A DNA stretch of 64,000 nucleotides from Planctomycetota bacterium (GCA_965248575.1 CBDFJQ010000002.1:2496001-2560000); one strand, 5' to 3'. Shown: positions 48,601 through 57,303, counted from the first letter of the stretch. Notes: a model not told the origin generated them from the sequence alone. Translations and numbers: made by a program.

Positions 48601-49481
48601 GCGAGGGGCGCCTGTTCGGAGCCAAGCGAGAACGGCAGCAAGAGCTCAAGCCGTTGGGAGGACTTCTTCCCGGGGGAACCCATCACACTCGTGGGCCCAT
48701 CGAAGGAACTGTCCACCACGATCTGATTGGCCTTCACGTTCACATCGGGTGCATCGGGCATGGCGACGCGCAGGAGCGGCTTGCCGAGCTTGGGCGTGCC
48801 GCCCACGACCGTCAGGGAGCCGGCCAACATGTCGCCACCAACCTTGTTGGTGACTTCCACGCCCCACAATCCAGAGGGCACCTTCTTGGGTAGGCGGAAG
48901 CTGACCAGGGACTGGGTGTTGCCGCCTTCCGAGGTCAGGGGGATGATCGAGAGCAGCTTGGCCTTGAAGCCAGCGACCCGCACGGCCACGCCCTTTGTTC
49001 CCACCTGGTCGACGATGACGGTGGCCATGTCCGAAGGCATCACCGTATCTGCACCGTCGATGCCCATGATCTCGGGCGACACGATCTCGATCGAGTCCTT
49101 CGACTCCACGGGGCCCGCAGTCTTGCCGGCCGGATCGAGCGTCAGATTGTAGGTGCCGCGCTTGGCCTTCTTCACCACCACGACGACCATGCCGTCGGAG
49201 ACGGGCTTGGCTGCCTTGAGCGACGTCCCTTTCACCTTGGCGCCGTTGAAGGAGAGGTAGACCTTGGGGGCCTTGGTTCCGAATCCGGACCCCGTCACCA
49301 CGAATTCGGTACCGACTGTCGCTTCTGAAACTGAGACATCGGTGATCTCCGGGTCCTGCGCTTGGGCGACCCCTGCGAACAACAGCAAGGCGGCAAGTGC
49401 AGGCAGCACACGGAGTGCGGTTTGTGAATGCCGAAGGCTCCCGCTACGGGTTCGGCGAGTCATCAGATGGGTGAAGAACAT
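45624..49481 (-). CDS. Decaheme c-type cytochrome, MtrC/OmcA-like, with N-terminal Ig/IPT-like domains (paralog 1)
   Basis: 10 CxxCH in two groups of five; RAVV..CNACH...HGG.R, MVHKIH/MIHKIH; signal peptide ending AQA. Confidence 0.9.
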   Translation of the reverse strand: MFFTHLMTRRTRSGSLRHSQTALRVLPALAALLLFAGVAQAQDPEITDVSVSEATVGTEFVVTGSGFGTKAPKVYLSFNGAKVKGTSLKAAKPVSDGMVVVVVKKAKRGTYNLTLDPAGKTAGPVESKDSIEIVSPEIMGIDGADTVMPSDMATVIVDQVGTKGVAVRVAGFKAKLLSIIPLTSEGGNTQSLVSFRLPKKVPSGLWGVEVTNKVGGDMLAGSLTVVGGTPKLGKPLLRVAMPDAPDVNVKANQIVVDSSFDGPTSVMGSPGKKSSQRLELLLPFSLGSEQAPLAFTATPAIIRFIDDLGREWESADDSFLLSVGATSDGLVAGSFAGDLFPVDEGGAVLPVYGSFIYDGEYQLPDGGGNTDPDLNKGEAAPGLIIQVLELNGAKGPTGNFKPGDTMSVKFRVAKTDGTSWHLDEMDSTRAIVSGPTNDYQRLIGQVSDIKTAATDNGDGTYTYDFPTPIPATYLAPLNDSPAFDEDDGERTGQALVDGTYTMGMYFYWRYNAGDDSHREVGTTTVDFLIGTTVAAIESRAVVAEENCNACHSDMQFHGGTRKGIVLCLMCHTAGSEDRIASVAGGTPGVTVEFSVMVHKIHNGTHLPSVNGVLADSLGDKDYTVTPKPYQIIGFGNSIHDYSDVEFPAWPNFASAMPKDMGHSDLGAFTGQENEILTGITSCNICHGDPDGAGPIEAPEQGENAYTVLRRNTCGSCHDDWVHDQPYTSNQQSMPPQIGDVTCTQCHPRDGIPLAVEDAHLHPLLTPSFATGINLDILSVAEAGLNDSDGTLDEGEKVAVTFTLSDDMGLSVDPATLSGRSIMFTGPTSNENIVLPEQSLPGELFTGGQPYTINLPMRAYFEYIGDATSGDDEFSTVHTPHWNATGHLTEVWQQTGFGDASSALSADVVGPVNFIDVDDGDGFLRNDYVLIDAGEKNQEYLLIQYVEGDRLWFSSTYTQGYAPGPVGDHDEGATVDVVDLLPLTEGMEYMLTAATGTITETGGFGDGNPLVVSYSTDFVMPAVYPMALNAGPDLGERFGAWTGKSIVDGTYSVVMWGSRSQTLNLYGESNTYREGAAGTRMDVLVGGATSVQPYDLITSIENCNSCHVDIQFHGSFRRGFEACFACHATAGSGDRPQYVAANAPATDGVTVNFREMIHKIHRGGDLDKASTYSVNGFGSPSNYPDNFSGHMYDHVEFPAMPEGVLDCARCHGEGNDAWETPSNRQHPTEQVLPAQEWNVSCGSCHDSDAEQAHMQSQSSPVDGAESCLICHGAGQTWDVESMHQVR

Positions 49482-49876
49482 CGGCTGTCTCCGCTCCAGG
49501 TTCCTCTGTTCTTCCGGCCTAGACCCGGCGTCTCTACCAGAAGAACAGGACTGCGATTCTCACGAGTGCGTAGGAACAGGTCAGTAAGCAGTATGCCGTA
49601 CTTGGTGGCGGAGGTGGGGGCAGAGGCCGTGCTGCCGTCGGCCAGCCGACCAACCACCAAACGTGCTCAAGAGCGAAACGTAGCCGGTCTCGCACCATTG
49701 TGTCGAGTGCTAGTCTGCGCATGGGCGCAGGGGCACCTGCGCCCTAGGACGTATCTCCGATCTTCGGAGAGAAGCCTATGGTGAGACCGTGTCTCTGCAC
49801 CGGTGACGGCACCGGTGACCGCATCGGGACCGCGTGAAAAACTGGCCCGGCAGGAAGCATGCGAGACGCCTGATCG

Positions 49877-51487
49877 ATGAGTGATGGAAGGCTCACCTTC
49901 GAATCCAAGCGGCCAACGCACGGCGTGCCGGCTGTTGGCTTCGTGCGCAATGGCACCATGCTCGCGCTGCTCTTCGGGCTCTTCATGTGGCATCAGATCG
50001 GTGTCTATTCTGAAGATCAAGACACCGGGCAACCTGACTCCGCCGTCATCGCGACAGAGCAAACGCTGTCTGAGAACTCGCCGGACACCCCGTCCGCTCC
50101 CGACGAGGACACACGCCCGGACTTCGGCCCGCCGTTGCCCGAGCAACAACCTGACTCCGCCGCCACCGCGACAGAAGAAACGCTGTCTGAGCACTCGCCG
50201 GACACTCAGTCTGCTCCCGATGAGGACGCACGCCCGTTCTACGGCCCGTTGCTGCCCGAAGAACAACCTGGTCCTCTCATGCGGGGTTTCCTTTCCGCGC
50301 GCTACAGGCGGCGCTCCTCAGGCGGCCAACACGACGACGACCTGCACACCTATCTGTCGCTGGACGTGGGCAATCCCGACACGGACGGCATGACGTTCCA
50401 CCTAGACGGTCGCCTTTCCCGCACGCTCAGCGTGGACAAGGACACGTTCGGAGACCTCGATGACTCCCGCGATGGCAATACGCGGGCCCTGCTCTACAAC
50501 GCCTTCATCGATTTCCACGACACCGGGTTGGACCTCCTGCGCGTCGGCCGCCAAACCGACTACGACACACCCGAGGTGCTCTACTACGACGGTATCCATG
50601 TCCGGTCAGAAGCGCTCGACGACAGGGACACCCAGGTCGGCACCTACGGAGGCATCTCCAACCACCTCTACGAGTCGTCCACTGATGGCGATCGCCTCTA
50701 CGGTGTCTATCTGGAGACGCGCCCCTGGGAGGATGGGCGCATACGCCTGGACTGGTTGCACGCCGAGGACCAACGCACGCTCGGTAGCTCCAAGGACGAC
50801 CTGCTCGCCGTCCAGGCCTGGAAGACCTTCGATCAGCTGCGGCTCGAGGGGTCTTTCTCAAGGCTCGAAGGCGACAATCGGGACTTCCGGACGGCCGCGA
50901 CCTGGTTCGACCCGGAGCATGAGCTGCTCGTCAGGGGCTCCTACTATCGCCTGCTGGAAACCCAGGGGACCCGGGCGGTGGAGCTGGACAACTTCTCGAG
51001 CGCGCTCTTCGACCTCTTCCCGTACGAACAGATCGACATCTCGGCATCGCAAGCCATTGGCCAGGGCGTGACCCTGCAGGGCGGAGCGTCGCTGCGCATC
51101 GTCGAGGACCAAGGCGACAAGACGAACTTCAACCGGGACGTGAACCGCTACTACCTCACCACCTCCTTCGAGAATGTCTGCGGCGAAGCCAACACATTGA
51201 GCGTCACGGGCGAGCACTGGCAGGGCGACCGGAACGAGCATCAGGCGCTGGGCGTCGACCTCACCCGGCAAATCTCGGACGAGCTTCAGTGCTCGGTGGG
51301 CAGCTACTATTCGCTGTACAAGGTCGACTTCTCTGCCCAGTCGGAACGTGAGGACGTGCAGACTTACTACATGCGCTTCGACTACGACATCAGCAAGGCC
51401 TACAGCCTGGACTTCGGATACGAGTTCGAGAACTCGTCGGTCGGCGACTTCCACAACATACGGATGGCTGCGCGATGGCGATTCTGA
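49877..51487 (+). CDS. Outer-membrane beta-barrel (putative cytochrome-associated porin)
   Basis: Alternating aromatic/hydrophobic strands, LRVGRQ..YDG motif, C-terminal MAARWRF; start may be 49958. Confidence 0.8.
   Translation: MSDGRLTFESKRPTHGVPAVGFVRNGTMLALLFGLFMWHQIGVYSEDQDTGQPDSAVIATEQTLSENSPDTPSAPDEDTRPDFGPPLPEQQPDSAATATEETLSEHSPDTQSAPDEDARPFYGPLLPEEQPGPLMRGFLSARYRRRSSGGQHDDDLHTYLSLDVGNPDTDGMTFHLDGRLSRTLSVDKDTFGDLDDSRDGNTRALLYNAFIDFHDTGLDLLRVGRQTDYDTPEVLYYDGIHVRSEALDDRDTQVGTYGGISNHLYESSTDGDRLYGVYLETRPWEDGRIRLDWLHAEDQRTLGSSKDDLLAVQAWKTFDQLRLEGSFSRLEGDNRDFRTAATWFDPEHELLVRGSYYRLLETQGTRAVELDNFSSALFDLFPYEQIDISASQAIGQGVTLQGGASLRIVEDQGDKTNFNRDVNRYYLTTSFENVCGEANTLSVTGEHWQGDRNEHQALGVDLTRQISDELQCSVGSYYSLYKVDFSAQSEREDVQTYYMRFDYDISKAYSLDFGYEFENSSVGDFHNIRMAARWRF
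50030..50263 (+). repeat. 117-bp (39-aa) imperfect tandem duplication in the porin N-terminus
   Basis: CAACCTG unit starts recur at 50030, 50147 and 50264. Confidence 0.9.
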
Positions 51488-52512
51488 ACAAGACCCCTGG
51501 AAGACCCTGGCGCCTGCGGGCGACGCGCGATCTGTGCGTGCTGGGCGCGCTCCTAGCGGCGGGTTGCATGCTCGTCGAGCTGGCCGTCGAGCCCGATCCA
51601 GGCCCCAGCTTCAGTCACCGCCAGCACGTGACGGAGCTCGAGATGAACTGCGTGGCCTGTCACAAGGACCTCGACGGGCAGGACCGGCCTAGCCTGCCGT
51701 CCGAAGCCCTGTGCCAGCTGTGTCATCGCCGGATCGACTCAGAGAAACCGGAACCCGAGCGGGCGAGCGTCTTCTTCGTAGACGGCGTACACCAACCCTT
51801 GAACGTGCTGAGCGTCGACCCGGAGGTCCGCTTCTCGCACAAGGCCCACCTGGACGTCGTCGGCAGCTGTACGAGCTGCCACGAGGGCATCCGCGAAAGC
51901 GAGCGCCTGGGTCCTGGCGACCAGATCGCCATGGCTGACTGCATCGACTGCCACCAACGCGTCGCCGCACCCGAAGGCTGCGCTGTTTGCCACACCCAGG
52001 TCGACGAGCAGTGGCAGCCCGAGAACCACGAGCGGCTGTGGGACAAACTGCACGGCAGCGTCGCCCGGAATCCCTCCGAAGTGCTGACCGAACGCTGCTC
52101 CATGTGCCACACCGAGTCGACCTGCGTCACCTGCCATCAGTCGGAGCAGCCCGACAGCCACACCAACTTCTGGCGCCTCAAGAGCCATGGCTTCGAAGCC
52201 CAGGCGGACCGTGCCAGCTGCCAAACGTGCCACCGCGAGGACTCGTGCGCAAGCTGCCACGAGTCCACGCGCCCGCTCTCGCACAAGGGCATGTTCGGAC
52301 AGACGCGCAACACCCACTGTTTCGGCTGCCACCAGCCGCTGCGGAACGAGAGCTGTGCCGTCTGCCACAAGAGCACCCCCAGCCACTTCATGGCGACTCC
52401 CCTTCCCTCCGACCACTCACCTAGCCTCAACTGCCGCCAATGCCATGGCGCCGGCGCCCCCCTTCCGCACGTCGACGACGGGTCGTCCTGCACGTCCTGC
52501 CACCTGCCTTGA
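51475..52512 (+). CDS. 13-heme c-type cytochrome (cytochrome c3/c7-like N-terminus)
   Basis: 13 CxxCH in 345 aa; two FSH..H motifs; possible lipobox LAAGC. Confidence 0.9.
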   Translation: MAILNKTPGRPWRLRATRDLCVLGALLAAGCMLVELAVEPDPGPSFSHRQHVTELEMNCVACHKDLDGQDRPSLPSEALCQLCHRRIDSEKPEPERASVFFVDGVHQPLNVLSVDPEVRFSHKAHLDVVGSCTSCHEGIRESERLGPGDQIAMADCIDCHQRVAAPEGCAVCHTQVDEQWQPENHERLWDKLHGSVARNPSEVLTERCSMCHTESTCVTCHQSEQPDSHTNFWRLKSHGFEAQADRASCQTCHREDSCASCHESTRPLSHKGMFGQTRNTHCFGCHQPLRNESCAVCHKSTPSHFMATPLPSDHSPSLNCRQCHGAGAPLPHVDDGSSCTSCHLP

Positions 52513-52522
52513 GGTCAGCCCG

Positions 52523-55500
52523 ATGACTTCCTCCCGCTTGCCCAACACATTGCTGCACCTCAGCTGCCAGCTGCTCGCTGTCGCCTGGCTCGGCGGCAGT
52601 CTCATGGCGCAGGCGCAGATCACGGGCATCTCGGTCTCGGAAGCCACGTTGGGCACGCGCTTCGAGATCGCCGGTTCGGGCTTCGGCAGCAAGCCGCCCA
52701 CGGTGGCCTTGGCCATGGGCGGCCAGAAGGTGCCCAAGACGGCGCTCAAGGTCATCCCACCCAGCTCGGATGGACTGCTGACGCTGGAGGTGAAGAAGGC
52801 GCTGCTAGGGACGTTCACGATCCTGCTGGATCCGGCTGGCAAGGGCAGCCCGCCCGTTGAATCCAAGGACAGCCTGACGATCGTCGCGCCCAGCATCGTG
52901 GCGTTCGACGACGACAACTATGGCCTGCCAGGTGCTGAGGTCAGCATGACCGTGGATCAGGCGGGCGCTCCCGGTGCGTTGGTCCGGGTGGGCGGCAAGA
53001 AGGCGAAGATCGTGTCCATCGTTCCGCTCTCTGCATCCGCGGGACAGGGGCAGGCCCAGGCAACGGTCGCAGGCACCGAGACCCACTCGCTGGTGGTCTT
53101 CAGGGTTCCGAAGGCCCTGCCCAACGGTGCCTGGGACGTGAGCTTCTCCAACCCGGTAGGAAGCAGCGTCGCCAAGGGCGGGCTGACGGTGATCGGCAGC
53201 GAAAAGCCCCTGGGTAAACCCGTTCTCGTGGCGGACATCGAGGGCCTCTCCCGCTTCCGGGTCAGCGGCAAGAAGAAGCTCAAGGTGGACACCTCCTTCA
53301 CGGGGCCAAGCACTGTCTCCGGTTCACGCGGTGGCAAGAAGTCCCGTAGCTTCAGCCTGAGCTTGCCCTTCGTCTCGGGTGTGTCGACGGCCCCTGCGCT
53401 GTTCACGAACAACCCCGCGTCGCTGCACTACGTGGAGACCCAGAAGGGTGTCGTGACGCTGGAGCTGATGTCCACGCCAGGGAGCATCAGCATCCAGGTC
53501 AGCGCCGACGCCGACGACATGGTCGCTGGCTCCTTCTGCGGCACGCTCTACCCGCTGACGGAAGGTGGCGAACCGCGAGAGGTGTCGGGCAGCTTCACCT
53601 TCGATGGCAGCTTCGAGCTCGACGGCGACGGCGGCCTCACCAACCCGAACCTGCCGGCGGGGCAGGCGGGCCCGGGGCTGAACATCCAGATCCTCTCTCT
53701 CAGTGGTGCCAGCGGAGCGACAGGCAACTTCCAGCCCGGCGACCGCATCCGGGTGACCTTTCGCCTGGCGAAGGACGACGGCAGCGCCTGGCGCCTGGAA
53801 GAGATGGGTTCGACGCGGGCGGCCGTCTCTGGCCCCACCTTCAACTACCAGCGCGTGGTGCCCCAGGTGAGCAACCTGAAACAGGCGTCCATCGACCATG
53901 GGGACGACACCTACACCTACAAATTCTCTGCACCGATCCCGCCGACCTATCTGCCGCCGCTCAATGACTCAGCGAGCTTCGGCAAGAGCGACGGCGAGCT
54001 CTCGGGGCTGAAACTGCTCGACGGCACCTACACCGTGGCGCTGTGGTTCGACTGGCCCTACTCGGTCGAGGGCAACTCCTTCAAGGACGTGGGGACGACA
54101 ACCCGCGACTTCCTGCTGGGCACATCCGTGAACTTCGTGGTGCCGCGCGAAGTGGTGACCACCGCCAACTGCAATCAGTGTCACGGGGAGTTGCAGTTTC
54201 ATGGGGCAGGGCGACGCACGAGTCAGCTGTGCGTGATCTGCCACACCGCCGGCTCAGAGGACCGCAACAACCCGGACATCGGTGGCGGGACTCCCGGCGC
54301 CAGCGTCGAGTTCTCCGTGATGATCCACAAGCTGCACAACGGCTCGCACCTGCCTAGCGTCTTGGGCGTGAGCACGGACGTCGTCGGCCAGCGCATCTAC
54401 AATGCGACTCCCCTGCCCTACCAGTTGGCCGGCTTTGGCGACGAGTTGTACGACTATGGGGATGTCGAGCTGCCGGCCTACCCAAACAACCTGATGCCCA
54501 TGCCCAAGGACTTCGGCTACAGCACCCTCGACCCCAGTAGCGAACAACCCCTGGAAGACAGGATGCGGCGCGGTGTCACCAACTGCGTGCTGTGTCATGG
54601 CGACCCAGATGGAAGCGGGCCGTTGCAGGCCCCTGCCCAGGGCGAGCTGGCCTACACCCAGATGAAGCGCAGCAGCTGTGGCTCCTGCCACGACGACTGG
54701 GTCTTCGACCGCCCCTACACCGCCAACCAACAGACCATGCCGGCGCAGACCGACGACGCCACCTGTGCCCAGTGTCACGGCGACACGGGCTCACCCCTCT
54801 CCCCGCGCACGGCCCACATCCATCCGCTGCTCGACGAGACCATCGCACAGGGAATCCAATTCGGGATTGCCAGCGTGAACGAAGCCGGAGTGCACGATGC
54901 CGACGGCAGCTTGGACCCCGGCGAGAAGCTGGCGATCACGATGTTCCTGCGCGACGCCCAGGGAGCAGAGTTGGACCCGAGCAGCCTCGGCTCGCGCCAG
55001 CTGGCCATTTCCGGTCCGTCCCAGAACATGAATGTGCTGCTGCCACAGCAGGCCCTCCCCGCCGAGCTTCTCACAGGCCCGCAGCCTTTCACCTTCAACC
55101 CGCCGATGCGTGTCTACAACGAGATCCTGGGCGTCGCCACCGCGCTCGCGGATGAGTTCGGCAGCGCCTTCGTCCCCCACCTGAACCTGCCCGGGCATCT
55201 CACCGAGCTGCACGTGGTTACAGGCTTCGGGCTGGGCGACACGCTGCTCGACGGCGACGTCAGCGCGGCCATGAACTTCATCGACGTCCTGAGCGCGAGC
55301 AACTTCGAGCGCGACGACTGGCTCGTGCTCGACGACGGATCACCCAGCGAGGAGTATCTGCGGATCCAGCTCGTCGAGGGCAACAGGCTCTGGTTCTCCT
55401 CCCCCCAGTCCCAGGACTATGCGCCTGGCCCCAAGACCACGCACACGGCCGGCGCAACCGTACGCGAGGTGTTCACGATCGAGTTGGACGAAGGGCTGCA

Positions 55501-56398
55501 CTACGACCTGGATGTAGCCACGGGCAGCATCACCGAGCTGATGGACTTCGGCACGGGCAACACACTGCTCAGCACCTACAGCAGCGACTTCGTCGTGCCG
55601 GAGACCTACCCCCTGGCACTCAACGCTGAGCCCGCCCTGGGCGACACCGCCGGAACCTGGGCCGACAAGAGCGTCGTCGACGGCACCTACTCGGCCTTCG
55701 TCTGGGGCACGCGCGACCTCACGCTGAACCTCGTCGGCGAGACGAACAGCTATCGCGAAGGAGCTCCCGGCGTGCGCCAGGACTTCCTGCTCGGGGATGC
55801 GAGCAGCGTCCAGCCCTATGACCTCATCGCGAGCGCAAACAGCTGCACATCCTGCCACGTCGAGCTGTCCTTCCATGGCAACAGCAGGCTCGGCTGGCAG
55901 TCTTGCCTCGCCTGCCATGGCACGGCAGGCTCGGGGGATCGGCCGCAGTACGTGGCGCCGAATGCCCCCGCCACCGACGGCGTCACGATCAACTTCCGGG
56001 AGCTGGTGCACAAGATCCACCGCGGGAGTGAGCTCGACCAGGCCGACAGCTATGCGGTGGTCGGCTTCGGCCCCACGAACAACTACCCCGACAACTTCTC
56101 CACGCACACCTACAGCCATGTCGATTATCCGAAACAGCCAGCAGGCACTGCGGACTGCACGAGCTGCCACGGGCCGGGCAACAGCGCGTGGATGCAGCCG
56201 GCCGACCGTGACCACCCGCTCGAACAAGGCCTGCCGGTGCAGGAGTGGGCCGTTGTCTGCGCGGCCTGTCACGATTCCACGAGCGCCGTGGCGCACATCC
56301 AGTCCCAGACCTCCCAACCGAGCGGCATCGAGACATGCACCATCTGCCACGCGCCCGGGCAAGACTATCCCGTGGACGAGGTCCACCTCCTCCGCTGA
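52523..56398 (+). CDS. Decaheme c-type cytochrome, MtrC/OmcA-like, with N-terminal Ig/IPT-like domains (paralog 2)
   Basis: 10 CxxCH; colinear with paralog 1; ATG 52523 after a GAGG RBS; signal peptide ending AQA. Confidence 0.9.
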   Translation: MTSSRLPNTLLHLSCQLLAVAWLGGSLMAQAQITGISVSEATLGTRFEIAGSGFGSKPPTVALAMGGQKVPKTALKVIPPSSDGLLTLEVKKALLGTFTILLDPAGKGSPPVESKDSLTIVAPSIVAFDDDNYGLPGAEVSMTVDQAGAPGALVRVGGKKAKIVSIVPLSASAGQGQAQATVAGTETHSLVVFRVPKALPNGAWDVSFSNPVGSSVAKGGLTVIGSEKPLGKPVLVADIEGLSRFRVSGKKKLKVDTSFTGPSTVSGSRGGKKSRSFSLSLPFVSGVSTAPALFTNNPASLHYVETQKGVVTLELMSTPGSISIQVSADADDMVAGSFCGTLYPLTEGGEPREVSGSFTFDGSFELDGDGGLTNPNLPAGQAGPGLNIQILSLSGASGATGNFQPGDRIRVTFRLAKDDGSAWRLEEMGSTRAAVSGPTFNYQRVVPQVSNLKQASIDHGDDTYTYKFSAPIPPTYLPPLNDSASFGKSDGELSGLKLLDGTYTVALWFDWPYSVEGNSFKDVGTTTRDFLLGTSVNFVVPREVVTTANCNQCHGELQFHGAGRRTSQLCVICHTAGSEDRNNPDIGGGTPGASVEFSVMIHKLHNGSHLPSVLGVSTDVVGQRIYNATPLPYQLAGFGDELYDYGDVELPAYPNNLMPMPKDFGYSTLDPSSEQPLEDRMRRGVTNCVLCHGDPDGSGPLQAPAQGELAYTQMKRSSCGSCHDDWVFDRPYTANQQTMPAQTDDATCAQCHGDTGSPLSPRTAHIHPLLDETIAQGIQFGIASVNEAGVHDADGSLDPGEKLAITMFLRDAQGAELDPSSLGSRQLAISGPSQNMNVLLPQQALPAELLTGPQPFTFNPPMRVYNEILGVATALADEFGSAFVPHLNLPGHLTELHVVTGFGLGDTLLDGDVSAAMNFIDVLSASNFERDDWLVLDDGSPSEEYLRIQLVEGNRLWFSSPQSQDYAPGPKTTHTAGATVREVFTIELDEGLHYDLDVATGSITELMDFGTGNTLLSTYSSDFVVPETYPLALNAEPALGDTAGTWADKSVVDGTYSAFVWGTRDLTLNLVGETNSYREGAPGVRQDFLLGDASSVQPYDLIASANSCTSCHVELSFHGNSRLGWQSCLACHGTAGSGDRPQYVAPNAPATDGVTINFRELVHKIHRGSELDQADSYAVVGFGPTNNYPDNFSTHTYSHVDYPKQPAGTADCTSCHGPGNSAWMQPADRDHPLEQGLPVQEWAVVCAACHDSTSAVAHIQSQTSQPSGIETCTICHAPGQDYPVDEVHLLR

Positions 56399-56420
56399 CT
56401 GACGTCCAAGAGAGCCCCTC

Positions 56421-57158
56421 ATGAGCCTCCGTAACTCCCCCGCCTCCCACCGTGTGTTCGCCACGTCCGTGTTGCTCGTGCTTGGTCTGGGATACCTGCT
56501 GGCACAGGTCTATCTCTACACCAAGGAAGTGAAACCGATGATGGACAAGGGCCACAGTCTCGTAGACGGCGTGGCTTACACCTACAACGGCGTGCCCACG
56601 GCCGAACCCCGCATCCTCGTGACTCTGAGGGGCAGCATGGCATCCACGGTAAGCCCCAAGGAGTTCAGCTCCATCCAGGAGTGGATCGCAGAGGGCGCGA
56701 CACCGGAGGGTTATGAGGGAGCGGTCGCCAACGTGATCGAGAGGTCCTGCGCGTCCTGCCACGGAGAGAGTGGCTATCCGCCAGAGATCACGGGCTACGA
56801 GGACACGTTGCCCCTGACGGAGCCCGACAGCGGTGTCGACATCGCCAAGCTCGCGCGCATGACGCACATCCACCTGCTGGGCATCCCGATGCTGATGTTC
56901 ATGATCGGCAGCTTGTTCATCCGCACGCGATTCAACGAGGGCTTCAAGATCTTCGTCGTCGTCCTGCCGTTCCTGGGCATGGTGTGGGACGTCGCCCACT
57001 GGTGGATCACCAAGGTGGAGCCGTCTGCTGCCATGGGCATCATCGTGGGCGGCATCCTGATGGGTTCAGGTTTCGGCCTGCAGTGGGTGATGACCATGTG
57101 GGACATCTGGATTCCGTTGCGGAAGCCGAAACAGCCCGCCTCCACAGCGCCCGAGTAG
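56421..57158 (+). CDS. Inner-membrane protein with one c-type heme motif and ~4 TM helices
   Basis: CASCH in the loop after TM1; THIHLLG His pair at the start of the next TM; three C-terminal TM helices. Confidence 0.8.
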   Translation: MSLRNSPASHRVFATSVLLVLGLGYLLAQVYLYTKEVKPMMDKGHSLVDGVAYTYNGVPTAEPRILVTLRGSMASTVSPKEFSSIQEWIAEGATPEGYEGAVANVIERSCASCHGESGYPPEITGYEDTLPLTEPDSGVDIAKLARMTHIHLLGIPMLMFMIGSLFIRTRFNEGFKIFVVVLPFLGMVWDVAHWWITKVEPSAAMGIIVGGILMGSGFGLQWVMTMWDIWIPLRKPKQPASTAPE

Positions 57159-57303
57159 ACAGACCCGGGCCGCAGAAGTCCGCCTGATCGACCTTCGTTG
57201 TCAGCCCGACGGCTAGCGCCTCGTCCCTGGCTGACGATGGGATGGACTCCCGGATCGGCTGCGTGCCCTTCGGGTCGAAAGGCACTCAGGGTGAGGCTTC
57301 GTG

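Noticed and set aside
49482..49876. FNR/Fur box in the divergent cytochrome promoter region
   Set aside because: No convincing TTGAT-N4-ATCAA or Fur-like AT-rich palindrome seen
50030..50263. Tandem repeats as a CRISPR array
   Set aside because: In-frame coding duplication without spacers; no cas genes in the window
52187..52522. 112-codon N-terminal extension of the 1403-aa ORF
   Set aside because: Overlaps the 13-heme gene in another frame; ATG 52523 has an RBS and a signal peptide matching paralog 1
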